NCBI GenBank assembly: GCA_951406725.2
Contig: OX597830.1
Span: forward strand, 78,182,001-78,246,000
Length of the DNA stretch: 64,000 bases
From: Octopus vulgaris
Taxonomy: Eukaryota
Direction: 5' to 3'
Shown: piece by piece, positions 40,001 to 53,968 of the stretch
Layout: each line of letters begins with the position of its first letter
Position numbering within the stretch: the first letter of the stretch is position 1
Notes under the pieces: generated by a model
The model's input: the letters and a program-made list of their open reading frames with translations, nothing else
Databases searched by the model: none
Told to the model about the DNA's origin: nothing
Translations under genes and position numbers: made by a program

Positions 40001-43000
40001 ATGGATGGATGGATGGGTGGATGGATGGATGGATGGATGAATGGTTGAATGGGTGGATGGATGGGTGGATGGATGGATGAATGGGTGGATGGATGGATGG
40101 ATGGATGGGTGGATGGATGGTTGAATGGGTGGATGGATGGATGGATGGATTGTTAAAGGGTGGATGGATTGATAGATGGGTGGATGGCTATATGGATGGA
40201 TGGATGTGTGGGTGGATGGATGGATGGTTGAATAAGTGGATGGATGGATGGATGGAGGGTGGATGGATGGATGTGTGGATGGATGGGTGGATGGTTGAAT
40301 GGGTGGATGGATTGGTGGATGGATGGATGGATGGGTGGATGGATGGATTGCTGGATGGATGGATGGATGGGTGAATGGATGGATGGATGGATGGATGGAT
40401 GGGTGGATGGATGTATGGATGGATTGTTGGACGGAGGGTTGAATGGGTGGTTTGATGGTTGAATGTGAGGATGGATGGATGGATGGATGGTGTGTGGATG
40501 GATGGATGGATTGGTTGGATGGATGGATGGATGCATGTTTGAATGGGTGGATTGATGGATGGATGGATAGGTGGATGGATGGATAGATGGATAGGTGGAT
40601 GGATGGATGAATTGTTGGATGGCTGGATGGATGGGTGGATGGATGGATGGATGAATGGTTGAATGGGTGGATGGATGGGGTGGATGGATGGATGGATGGA
40701 TGGGTGGATGGATGGGTGGATGGATGGTTGAATGGGTGGATGGATGGATGGATGGATGGATGGTTGAATAGGTGGATGGATGGAAAGATGGGTGGATGGG
40801 TATATGGATGGATAGATGTGTGGCTGGATGGATGGGTGGAAGGGTGGATGGGTGGATGGATTGGTTGATGGACTGATGGATTGGTGGATGAATGGATGGA
40901 TTGGTGGATGGATGGAAGGATGGGTGAATGGATGGATGGATGGATGGATGGGTGGATGGATGGATTCGTGGATGGATGGTTGAATGGGTGGATGGATGGT
41001 TGGATGGGAGGATGGATGGATGGATGGATGGGTGGATGGATGGATGGATGTATTGGGTGGAAGGATGGATAGATGGATGAATGGTTGAATGGGTGGATGG
41101 ATGGATGGATGGATGGGTGAATGGATGGACTGATAGATGGTTGGATAGATGGGTGGATGGATGGGTGGATGGATGGATGTTTGATTCTGTGGATGGATGG
41201 ATGAATGGGTGGATGGATGGATGGATGGATGGGTGGATGGATGGTTGAATTGGTGGATGGATGGATGGATGGATTGTTGATGGGTGGATGGATGGATAGA
41301 TGGGTGGATGGCTATATGGATGGATGGATGTGTGTGTGGATGGATGAATCGTTGAATAAGAGGATGGATGGATGTATGGTTGAATGGGCGGATGGATCGA
41401 TGGATGTAGGGGTGGATGGATGGATGTGTGGATGGTTGGGTCGATGGGTGGATGGATTGGTGGATGTATTGGTGGATGGATGGATTGGTGGATGGATGGA
41501 TGGATGGATGGGTGAATGGATGGATGGATGGATGGGTGGACGGATGTATGGATGGATTGGTGGATGGATGGTTGATTGGGTGGTTTGATGGTTGAATGTG
41601 AGGATGGATGGATGGATGGATGTGTGGATGGATGGATGGATTGGGTGGATGGATGGATGGTTGAATGGGTGGATGGATGGATGGTTGAATGTGAGGATGT
41701 ATGGATGGATGGATGGTGGGTGGATGGATGGATGGATTGGTTGGATGGATGGATGGATGCATGGTTGAATGGGTGGATTGATGGATGGATGGATGGATGG
41801 ATGGATGGATGGATGGATGGATGGGTGGATGGATGGATAGTTGGATGGATGGATAGGTGGATAGGTGGATGGATGGATGAATTGTTGGATGGATGGATGG
41901 ATGGATGGGTGGATGGATGGATGGATGAATGGTTGAATGGGTGGATGGATGGATGGATGGATGGATGGGTGGATGGATGGATGGAATGACGGGTGGATGG
42001 ATGGTTGAATGGGTGGTTGGATGGATGGATGGATGGTTTAATGGTTGGATGGATGGAAAGATGGGTGAATGGGTATATGGATGGATGGATGTGTGGGTGG
42101 AAGGATGGATGATTGAATAAGTGGATGGCTGTATGGTTGAATGGGTGGTTGGATGGATGGATGGAGGGGTGGATGGATGGATGGGTGGATGGATGGATGG
42201 ATGGATGGGTGGAAGGGTGGATGGGTGGATGGATTGGTGGATGGATGGATTGATGGATGGATGGATGGATGGATGGATGGATGGATGGGTGAATGGATGG
42301 ATGGATGGATGGATGTGTGGATGGATTGATTGATGGATGGATGGTTGAATGGGAGGATGGATGGATGGATGGATGGATAGGTGGATGGATGTATAGATGG
42401 ATAGTTGGATGGATGGATGAATTGGTGGATGGATGGATGGATGGATGGATGGATGGATGGATGAATGGTTGAATGGGTGGATGGATGGGTGGATAGATGG
42501 ATGAATGGATGGATGGATGGATGGATGGGTGTATGGATGGTTGAATGGGTGGATGGACGGATGGATGGATTGTTGAAGGGTGGATGGATTGATAGATGGG
42601 TGGATGGCTATATGGATGGATGGATGTGTGGGTGGATGGATGGATGGTTGAATAAGTGGATGGATGGATGGATGGAGGGTTGATGGATGGATGTGTGGAT
42701 GGATCGGTGGATTGTTGGATGGGTGGATGGATTGGTGGATGGATGGATGGATGGGTGGATGGATCGGTGGATTGTTGGATGGGTGGATGGATTGGTGGAT
42801 GGATGGATGGATGGGTGGATGGATGGATTGCTGGAACGATGGATGGATGGTTGGGTGAATGGATGGATGGATGGATGGATGGAAGGTCGGATGGATGTAT
42901 GGATGGATTGTTGGATGGAGGGTTGAATGGGTGGTTTGATGGTTGAATGTGAGGATGGATGGATCGATGGATGGGTGGATGGATGGATGGATTGGGTGGA

Positions 43001-46000
43001 TGGATGGATTGGTGGATGGATGTTTGAATGGGCGGAGGGATTTTTGAATGTGATGATGGATGGATGGATGGATGGATGGTGGGTGGATGGATGGATGGAT
43101 GGTTGAATGGGAGGATGGATGGATGGATGGATGGATATGTGGATGGATGTATAGATGGATAGGTGGATGGATGGATGAATTGGTGGATGGATGGATGGAT
43201 GGATGGATGGATGGATGGATGAATGGTTGAATGGGTGGATGGATGGGTGGATGGATGGATGAATGGATGGATGGATGGATGGATGGATGGATGATGGATG
43301 GTTGAATGGGTGGATGGACGGATGGATGGATTGTTGAAGGGTGGATGGATTGATAGATGGGTGGATGGCTATATGGATGGATGGATGTGTGGGTGGATGG
43401 ATGGATGTGTGGATGGATCGGTGGATTTTTGGATGGGTGGATGGATTGGTGGGTGGATGGATGGATGGGTGGATGGATGGATTGCTGGATGGATGGTTGG
43501 ATGGTTGGGTGAATGGATGGATGGATGGATGGATGGAAGGGTGGATGGATGTATGGATGGATTGTTGGATGGAGGGTTGAATGGGTGGTTTGATGGTTGA
43601 ATGTGAGGATGGATGGATGGATGGATGGGTGGATGGATGGATGGATTGGGTGGATGGATGGATTGGTGGATGGATGTTTGAATGGGCGGAGGGATGGTTG
43701 AATGTGATGATGGATGGATGGATGGATGGATGGATGGATTGGTGGATGGATGGATGGATTGGTTGGATGGATGGATGGATGCATGGTTGAATGCGTGGAT
43801 TGATGGATGGAAGGATGGATGGGTTGTTGGATGGATGGATGGATGGATGGATGGATAGGTGGATGGATGGATAGATGGATGGGTGGATGGATGGATGGAT
43901 GAATGGTTGAATGGTTGGATGGATGGATGGATGGGTGGATGGATGGATGGAATGATGGGTGGATGGATGGTTGAATGAATGGATGGATGGATGGATGGAT
44001 GGATGGATGGTTGAATGGGTGGATGGATGGAAAGATGGGTGGATGGGTATATGGATGGATGGATGTGTGGCTGGATGGATGGATGGTTGAATAAGTGGAT
44101 GGATGTATGGTTGAATGGGTGGTTGGATGGATGGATGGATGGATGGGTGGAAGGGTGGATGGGTGGATGGATTGGTGGATGGATGGATGGATGGATTCGT
44201 GGATGGATGGTTGAATGGGTGGATGGATGGTTGGATGGGAGGATGGATGGATGGATGGATGGGTGGATGGATGGATGGATGTATTGGGTGGAAGGATGGA
44301 TAGATGGATGAATGTTTGAATGGGTGGATGGATGGATGGAAGTATGGGTGAATGGATGGACGGATGGATGGTTGGATAGATGGGTGGATGAATGGGTGGA
44401 TGGATGGATGGATGGATGGATGGGTGGATGGATGGTTGAATTGGTGGATGGATGGATGGATGGATTGTTGAATGGGTGGATGGATGGATAGATGGGTGGA
44501 TGTCTATATGGATGGATGGATGTTTGGATGGATGGATGGATGTTTGAATAAGTGGATGGATGGATGTATGGTTGAATGGGATGGATGGATGGATGGATGT
44601 AGGGGTGGATGGATGGATGTGTGGATGGTTGGGTGGATGGGTGGATGGGTGGATGGATGGGTGGATGGATGGATGGATGGATGGATGGATGGATGGATGG
44701 ATGGATGGGTGAATGGAAATGATGGATGGATGGATGTATGGTTGGACGGATGTATGGATGGATTGGTGGATGGATGTGTGGATGGATGGATGGATTGGGT
44801 GGATAGATGGATGGTTGAATGGGTGGATGGATGGTTGAATGTGAGGATGGATGGATGGATGGATGGTGGGTGGATGGATGGATGGATTGGTTGGATGGAT
44901 GGATGGATGCATGGTTGAATGGGTGGATTGATTGATGGATGGATGGATGGGTGGATGGATAGATGGATAGGTGGATGGATTGATAGGTGGATGGATGGAT
45001 AGGTGGATAGGTGGATGGATAGATGAATTGTTGGAGGATGGATGGATGGATGGGTTGATGGATGGATGGATGAATGGTTGAATGGGTTGATGGATGGATG
45101 AATGGATGGGTGGATGGATGGATGGAATGATGGGTGGATGGATGGTTGAATGGGTGGATGGATGGATGGATGGATGGTTGAATGGGTGGATGGATGGAAA
45201 GATGGGTGAATGGGTATATGGATGGATGGATGTGTGGGTGGAAGGATGGATGATTGAATAAGTGGATGGATGTATGGTTGAATGGGTGGTTGGATGGATG
45301 GATGGAGGTGTGGATGGATGGATGGATGGGTGGATGGATGGATGGATGGATGGATGGGTGGAAGGGTGGATGGGTGGATGGATTGGTGGATGGATGGATT
45401 GGTTGATGGATGGATGGATTGATGGATGGATGGATGGGTGAATGGATGGATGGATGGATGTTTGGATGGATGGATTGGTGGATGGATGGATGAATGGGTG
45501 GATGGATGGATGAATGGATGGATGGATGGATGGATGGATGGATGGATGGGTGGATGGATGGATGTATTGGGTGGAAGGATGGATAGATGGATGAATGGTT
45601 AAATGGGTGGATGGATGGATGGATGGATGGGTGGATGGATGGATGGATGGGTGGATGGTTGAATTAGTGGATGGATGGATGGATGGATGAGTGGATGGAT
45701 GGATGGATGAATGGATGGGTTGATGGATGGTTGAATGGGTGGATGGATGGATGGATGGATGGCTGGATGGTTGAATGGGTGGATGGATGGATGGATGGAT
45801 GGTTGAATAGGTGGATGGAGGGGTGGATGGAGGGGTAGATGGATAGATGGGTGCATGGATAGATGGGTGGATGGGTGGATGGATGGATGGATGGACGAAT
45901 GGGTGAGTGGATGGATTGATGGATGGATGGTTGAATGGGTGGATGGATGGAGGGATGGGTGAATGGATGGATCGATGGGTGGATGGATGGATGGGTGGTT

Positions 46001-47547
46001 GGGTGGATGGATGTGTGAATGGATGGATGGATGGTTGGATGGATGGTTGAATGGGTGGATGGATGGATGGACGGGTGGATGGATGGATGGGTGGATGGAT
46101 GGTTGAATGGCTGGATGGATGGGTGGTTAGATGGTTGAATGGGTGGATGGAAGGATGGGTGGATGGGTGGATGGATGGGTGGATGTATGGGTGGATGGAT
46201 GGATGGAGGATGGATGGATGGATGGATGGATGGATGGGTGGATGGATGGATGGGTGGATGGATGGATGGATGGATGGGTGGATGGATGGATGGTTGAATG
46301 GGAGGATAGATGGATGGATGGATGGGTGGATGGATGGATGGATGGATCGATGGATCGATGGATGTTGGAATGGATGGATGGATGTATGGATGTATGGATG
46401 GTTGAATGGGTGGATGGATGGATGGTTGGATGGGTAGATGGATGAATGCGTGGATGGGTGGAAGTATGGCTTGATGGATGGATAGATGGGTGGATGGATG
46501 GATGGATGGATGGATGGATGGATGAATGGATGGATGGGTGGGTGGATGGATGTTTGAATGCGTGGATAGATGTATGGATGGGTGGATGGATGGTTGAATG
46601 GTTGGATGGATGGATGGATGGATGGATGGATGGATGGATGGATGGATGGATGGATGGAAGTTTGGATGGATGGGTGGATGGATGGATGGATGGATGGATG
46701 GATGGTTGAATGGGTGGATTGCTTGATGGGTGGATGGATGGATGGAGGGTTGGGTGGATGGGTGAATGGGTGGATGGGTGGATGGATGGATGGATGGATG
46801 GGTGGATGGATGGATGGATGAGTGGATGGTTGAATGGGTGGATGGATGGTTGGATGGATGGTTGAAAGATTAGATAATTGGATGGTTGGTTGAATGGGTG
46901 GATGGATGGATGGATGGATGGATGGATGGTTGAGTGGGTGGATGGATGGATGATCGATGATGGATCGATGGATGGATGGATGGATGGATGGTTGAATTAT
47001 TGGATAGAGTGACGGATGGATGGATGGTTGAATGGGTGGATGTAAGTGTGGATGGATGGATGGGTGGATGGATGGATGGATTGATGGATGGGTGGATGGA
47101 TGGATGGGTGGATGGATGGATGGATGGATGGATGGATGGGTGGGTGGGTGGATGGATGAATGAATGGATGGATGGATGGATGGATGGATGGATGGATGGA
47201 TGGTTGGATGGATGGATGGATGGATGGATGGATGGAAGATTGGATGAATGGGTGGATGAATGGATGGATGGATGGATGGATATGTGGATGGTTCGATGGG
47301 TGGATGGATGGATGGGTGGATGGATGGATGGATGAATGGGTGGATGGATGGATGGATGGGTTGATGGATGGATGGATCGATGGACGGATGGATGGCCTGA
47401 TGGGTGGATGGATGGATGAATGGGTTGATGGATGGATGGTTGAATCTGTGGATGGATGGGTGGGTGGATGGGTGGATGAATGGTTGAATAGATGGCTGGA
47501 TGCTTTGGTGGATGGATGGATGGATGGATGGGTGGATGGATGGTTGA

Positions 47548-47579
<32 letters not shown>

Positions 47580-48186
47580 ACGGATGGGTGGATCTATGGA
47601 TGGATGTTTGGATGGAGGGATGGATGGATGGATGGATGGGTGGATGGATGTGTGAATGTATGGCTGGATGGTTCGGTGGATGGATGGATGGGTCGGTGGA
47701 TGGATGGATGGATGGATGGTTGAATGGGTGGATGGCTTGATGGGTCGATGGATTGATGGATGGGTGGATGGATGGATGGATGGATGGGTGGATGGGTGAA
47801 TGGGTGGATGGGTGGATGGATGGATGGATGGATGGGTGGATGGATGGATGGATGAGTGGATGGTTGAATGGGTGGGTGGATGGATGGATGGATGGATGGT
47901 TGAAAGATTACATAATTGGATGGATGGTTGAATGGGTGGATGGATGGATGGATGGATGGATGGATGGATGGATGAATGGGTGGATGGATGGATGGATGGG
48001 TTGATGGATGGATGGATCGATGGATGGATGGATTGCTGGATGGGTGGATGGATGGATGAATGGGTGGATGTATGGATGGTTGAATCTGTGGATGATGGAT
48101 GGATGGATGGATGGATGAATGGTTGAATAGATGGCTGGATGGTTTGGTGGATGGATGGATGGATGGATGGGTGGATGGATGGTTGA

Positions 48187-48218
<32 letters not shown>

Positions 48219-48820
48219 ATGGATGGATGGATGGATATGGATGGATGTTTGGATGGATTGATGGATGGATGGATGGATGGATGGATGGATGGATGGATGG
48301 ATGGATGGATGGATGGATGGATGGATGGGTGGATGGATGGATGGATGGATGGTTGAGTGGGTGGATGGATGGGTGGATGTATGGATGGTTGGATGGATGG
48401 ATGGATGGGTGGATGGATGGATGGATGGGTTGATGGATGGATGGATCGATGGATGGATGGATCGATGGATGGATGGATGGCTGGATGGGTGGATGGATGG
48501 ATGAATGGGTGGATGGATGGATGGATGGATGGATGGATGGATAAATGGTTGAATCTGTGGATGGACGGGTGGATGTATGTTTGAATAGATGGCTGGATGG
48601 TTTGTGGATGGATGGATGGATGGATGGATGGATGGGTGGATGGATGGTTGAATGGACGGATGGATGTATGGATGGATGGATGGATGGACGGATGGGTGGA
48701 TCTATTGATGGATGGGTGGATGGAGGGATGGATGTATGGATGGATGGATGGATGGATGGGTGGATGGATGGGTGAATGGATGCCTGGATGGTTCGGTGGA
48801 TGGATGGATGGATGGTTGGA
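37018..48820. repeat. ~11.8 kb (GGAT)n-derived satellite with variant units
   Basis: Continuous GGAT with GGGT, GGTTGAAT and GAAT variants, strong G-strand bias and recurring landmark motifs. Confidence 0.97.
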
Positions 48821-48920
48821 AAAAAAGCGGTGTGTTTCCACGAAGGAAAATATAGTATTTATTTTTGAAAATGCACCTGAAAACTTCTAATTGGTTTTAA
48901 ATAAATTGATCTACATACAT

Positions 48921-49115
48921 AGGCGTAGAAGTGGCTGTGTGGTTTGTAGCTTGCTTATGAACCACATGGTTCCGGGTTCAGTCCCACTTCGTGGCAACTT
49001 GGGCAAATGTCTTCTACTATAGCCTTGGACCGACGAAAGCCTTGTGAGTGGATTTGGTAGACGGAAACAGAAAGAAGCCCATTTTTATATATATATATAT
49101 ATATATACATACATA

Positions 49116-49199
<84 letters not shown>

Positions 49200-49350
49200 A
49201 ATATCGCTTGACAACCGATGCTGGTGTGTTTACGTGCCCGTAATCTAGCGGTTTGGCAAAGAGACCGATAGAATAAGTACTAGGCTTTCAAATAATATGC
49301 CCTGGGGTCGATTTGCTCGACTAAACTCTTGCTCCAGCAAGTAAAAGAGT
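48921..49350 (+). mobile_element. SINE family A inserted into foldback arm
   Basis: Full head and tail. tacatac occurs on both flanks. Confidence 0.9.
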
Positions 49351-49406
49351 ATACATACAAAACTAGCTTCAACAATTTTTTGTTTATCAATGTTATGAAT
49401 GTATTG

Positions 49407-49638
49407 AAGGAGGTGAGCTGGCAGACTCGATAGGACGCCGGACGAAATGTTTCGCGGTATTTCGTCTAACGTTACGTTCTGAGTTCAAATTCCGCCCAGG
49501 TCGACTTTGCCTTTCATCCTTCCGGGGCCCATTTAATAAGTTCCAGTTACGCACTGGGGTCGATATTATCGACTTAATCTGTTTTTCTGCGCTTGTTTGT
49601 CCCCTCTATGTTTAGCCCCTTGTAGGTAGTAAAGAAGT
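49407..49638 (+). mobile_element. CORE-type SINE family B inserted into foldback arm
   Basis: Colinear with 20287-20518. Confidence 0.85.
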
Positions 49639-50204
49639 AGGTATAAACGTATTGGATTTTAAAACAAAAAATAATTAAGTTGCGATGTATAAAACATGTT
49701 TAAATGATTAAATGCCTACAACATTTTTTAAAAGCATCAAAAATGATCGGCGAAGAATATAAAAAATGTGGATTACCAAAAGTTCGGTCATAATCTGTTA
49801 AGAGAGAGAAAGTGAAAGAGAGAAAAGGGGAATTTAAACAAAAGGGGTTTTGTTACAATTTTTGTCATCTTGGGTGTGATTCTTTCTCCCGTCGTGTACA
49901 GGGATTTTCGTCTTTCTTAACTCAATATGACCGAACTATTGGAGATCCACATTTTTTATATTCCTCGCCGATCATTTTTGATATTATTGAATTTGTGAAC
50001 ATTTAATCATTTAAACATGTTTTCTACATCGCAATTTAAAAATCATTTGTTTTTTAATTTCGTATGTTTATACCATTAATAATAAACAAATGATTGTTGA
50101 AACTAGTTTGGTGTGTATTTAAATCAATTTATTTAAAAACAATTACAAGTTTTTCAAATTCAGGTGCATTTTCAATAACAAATTCTCTCGCAGAGATTAC
50201 AGCG

Positions 50205-50507
50205 TCGAGATTACGATCATGAGGTTGTGAGTTCGATTCCCGGACCGGGCTGCGTGTTGTGTTCTTGAGCAAGACACTATTTCAGGTTGGTCCAGTTAAC
50301 TCAGTTGTAGAAATGAGTTGCGACATTACTGGTGCCAAGCTGTATCGGCCTTTGCCTTTCCCTTGTATAACATCATTGGTGTGGAGAGGGGAGGCTGGTA
50401 TGCATGTGCGATTGCTGGTCTTCCACAAACAACCTTGCCCGGACTTGTGCCTCGGAGGGTAACTTTCTAGGGGCAATCCCATGGTCATTCATTACCGAAC
50501 GGGGTCT

Positions 50508-50508
<1 letters not shown>
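50205..50508 (+). mobile_element. tRNA-derived SINE family C
   Basis: gagttcgattccc B box, gttgtgttcttgagcaagacact, ccagttaactcagttgtagaaatgagt. Related heads at 2803-2930(+), 20145-20260(+), 12945-13040(-) and 24375-24486(-). Confidence 0.7.
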
Positions 50509-50539
<31 letters not shown>

Positions 50540-50603
50540 GGTATGATGATGCAAATAGGAAAAGTAGAATTCAAAATACGAGTATATGTATATTTATATT
50601 AAT

Positions 50604-50641
<38 letters not shown>

Positions 50642-50678
50642 AAGTATGCATATACATTGATACATATGTATGTGTGCG

Positions 50679-50711
<33 letters not shown>

Positions 50712-51213
50712 GTATAGATAAATATATGTACATGTATATATACATATATTTATATATACATATGGGAACTGGAACTTGAAGCACATACAAAGCTATAAAT
50801 ATACAGCATGTAAATACTGGGTGGAAAAAAATCCTTTTACATGAGAAAAATTCGATGTGGGTTCGTGTCTCGTAGGCAGCCATCGGCTACCAACAAGGTG
50901 TTTCAGCCCAATATGTACGTGCTATTATTTATAGCTTTATGTGTACTTCGAAATTCAGTTCACAAAACGAAAAAGAAAAATTAATTTTTTAACATTCTCT
51001 CAAATGTTTATAAAATCTTATAACGTCGGCAATACACATCAACACACAAACACACACAAACACACACACACACACTAACATACTCGCGTGTGTCGTTCGT
51101 GTATGGTCGCAGTCCAATGACTGAAACAAGAGATTAAATATTACAGTTTGTATGTATGAGTGCGTGTATCTACATATGTGCGTGTGTATTTATGTATGCA
51201 TGTATATATATAT

Positions 51214-51580
51214 TGTGTGGTAAGTAGCTTGCTAACCAACCACATGGTTCCGGGTTCAGTCCCACTGCGTGGCATCTTGGGCAAGTGTCTTCTGCTATAG
51301 CCCCGGGCCGACCAATGCCTTGTGAGTGGATTTGGTAGACGGAAACTGAAAGAAGCCTGTCGTATATATGTATATATATATATATATAAGTGTGTGGGTA
51401 TATGTTTGTGTGTCTGTGTTTGTCCCCCTAGCATTGCTTGACAACAATGCTGGCGTGTTTACGTCCCCGTCACTTAGCGGTTCGGCAAAAGAAACCGATA
51501 GAATAAGTACTGGGCTTACAAAGGCGGTGCTCCAGCATGGCCGCAGTCAAATGACTGAAACAAGTAAAAGAGTAAAAGAG
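51214..51580 (+). mobile_element. SINE family A
   Basis: Near full length, low divergence from other copies. Confidence 0.9.
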
Positions 51581-52087
51581 ATATATGTATGTATGTTTGT
51601 ATGTATGTATCTATATATATATATATCTATGTGCGTGTGTGTCTGTGTGTGTGCATTGACATCTTATTGCTAATTCGTATATATATATAAATAAAGAAAC
51701 CACTTGGGGGCGGAGAATTGTAGAAAACGGGGTTTCTAATTTGCCATTTAATAATTCTGTAATGAATGTGACGGAACGCTGGCTCTTTTAGTCGCCAGCT
51801 TAGTTAGATAGAGGCCAGCCCGCCTTTTGGTTTTTGAAGGCTTCCACTGACTGAAAGATATTTCATAATTTTTTATTTTCTTCCATCATTTCTTTTATTT
51901 TTTGCTTTTGTTTGGGGTAATATTTTAGTGTTTTTGGCTTGTTTTTAGATTATTTTTGTTTTTCCGTGTGGTGCCCAGGTTTACGACGGAATTAGCTAAG
52001 AAACATTAACTTATCTCAACTTAATCGCATATCACGATACATATATATACATATATAGACATATGTATATATATTTGTATGTATGCA

Positions 52088-52147
<60 letters not shown>

Positions 52148-52238
52148 TATATGTACTATATGTATACATACATACAAAATACATACATACATACATACAT
52201 ACATATGTAGATAGATATGTACATATGTATGTATGTAT

Positions 52239-52285
<47 letters not shown>

Positions 52286-52315
52286 TATGCACGTGTGCAC
52301 GCATACATTTATATA

Positions 52316-52351
<36 letters not shown>

Positions 52352-53321
52352 TGTATGTATGTATGTATACATGCGTACATAAATACAAACAAACATATAG
52401 GCATAAATTTACGTTGTTCGGAACATAAATTCACATTAAATTTTGATGGAAGATTTTTAGATCACTTTCAAACAGAAAGTTTGCACCACAGAGCCAGGAT
52501 TTGTCTCATGAGGGTTAGCATTAAAAGGAAATCACTTTTCAGAATAAGAATAATTAACTCTAAAATATAACTTTCTTCTAGTCATATACACGTCATATAC
52601 CCGCAGTACAGCAAGTGGCTAAATTAAAATAATATATATAATGTTTATAAGGTAATTGATGCTTTTATTTTCAAATGGGATATTACTTTTGTAGGTGGTC
52701 CGAATATTAGTCACGCACTTTTGTAGGGTTATAGGCTATAAACATTTTGGCTATCATTGCTCCACAGAAGTAATATCTCTCACTTGTAACGCATTCTTGA
52801 TATATTTCCCAAAAGGACAAAAATAATTTCGAAACTAATCGTTGCCTAACATCTGTTAAGACAGGATGGAGAATGGCATAGGGAATGAAGAGCTGAAAGA
52901 CTTCGACATTAATCGAAGTACAGATGAATCCAAAAACGAAGTTTCGAAAGCAAGTGCTAATAATAGAAATAGTGACAATAGGAAATAGTTAGGCACAAGG
53001 TCACAAATTCCTTCTTTGCTTTGTTTCTTTTTGTTTTTTAGGAGTGTGGGGAGGTGTTAGCCGATTGCATGAATCCCCCAGTACTTATTTGACTGGTATT
53101 TTATTTTGTCGATTCCGAAAAAAGTGAATGTTAAAATTAATTTCGGCATAATTTGAACACCGAACTATAAGACCCAGAACGAATAACGCAAACCATTCCC
53201 TACTTCTCCCCGACGTCCTACTGGTTCTGCTAATCTACTACCGTACTACAGTAGAAACATCAACAGCAACATCAACAACACCAATAATAATAATGATAAT
53301 AATAATAATAATAATAATAAT

Positions 53322-53878
53322 TGCCCTGATGCAGTACCAGACAGTGGCTCTCATGGCTTCTGATCTTAACTGATTGGAAGTGTTATCATGTACATTGTTT
53401 TGTCTAGGTATAAAAGATGGGCTACAGCAAATATTCTGCTCAATACCACAGATTTGCTTGTCAGTTGTTTGACCTTAACCAGTTGAGCATGTCCCTTAGT
53501 GGCTGACGATATGTGCATCTCTGATCACGAGCAGAAGTAGTGGGGGAGCATCATAGCCATGTGTTGAGAGGGATTCTTTGGGGTTTGAATAATTCACCTC
53601 TGGAAACATGGGTGGTTCTTTCAACATCCTTAAACAACCCTTATTCAGGGACCTTTTGAGCGGGATGGGCTACTCAACCTGAAGAAATTTCTAACTGGGC
53701 CCCACCTGCAAGGTCATGTGCTGTTTATCCTGATATGAGATCACCATGTTGCGCACATATGGTTGTGATGCATGTGCCTGGTGTACCCTTATCAGACGGG
53801 TAGTCATGATGGGTATATTGGGCTTCGTATATTTTACCCCAGTGTCACTTTGATGGCATAAACTGCTCTCTCACTCAA
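53322..53878 (+). mobile_element. Unclassified interspersed repeat embedded in (AAT)n
   Basis: Non-coding ~555-bp unit flanked by (AAT)n. Its 3' part recurs at 16483-16720, also followed by (AAT)n. Confidence 0.7.
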
Positions 53879-53894
53879 CAACAACAACAACAAC

Positions 53895-53968
<74 letters not shown>

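Larger units (their letters stand above)
48855..50185. mobile_element. Foldback element with long inverted arms; left arm split by two SINEs
   Basis: Left arm pieces 48855-48920, 49351-49405 and 49641-49810 together match the reverse complement of 49905-50185 (gaaaatgcacctgaa/ttcaggtgcattttc, aaaaatgatcggcga/tcgccgatcattttt). Confidence 0.8.

Noticed and set aside
40188-44912. 1574-aa (and 862-aa) PSIH-repeat ORFs
   Set aside because: (ATCC)n rarely forms stop codons, so long ORFs are expected. There is no unique domain.
37047-48890. MDGW-rich plus-strand ORFs superficially like cephalopod reflectins
   Set aside because: Pure tetranucleotide translation with frequent TGA stops, lacking reflectin Tyr/Arg-rich linkers and motif spacing.
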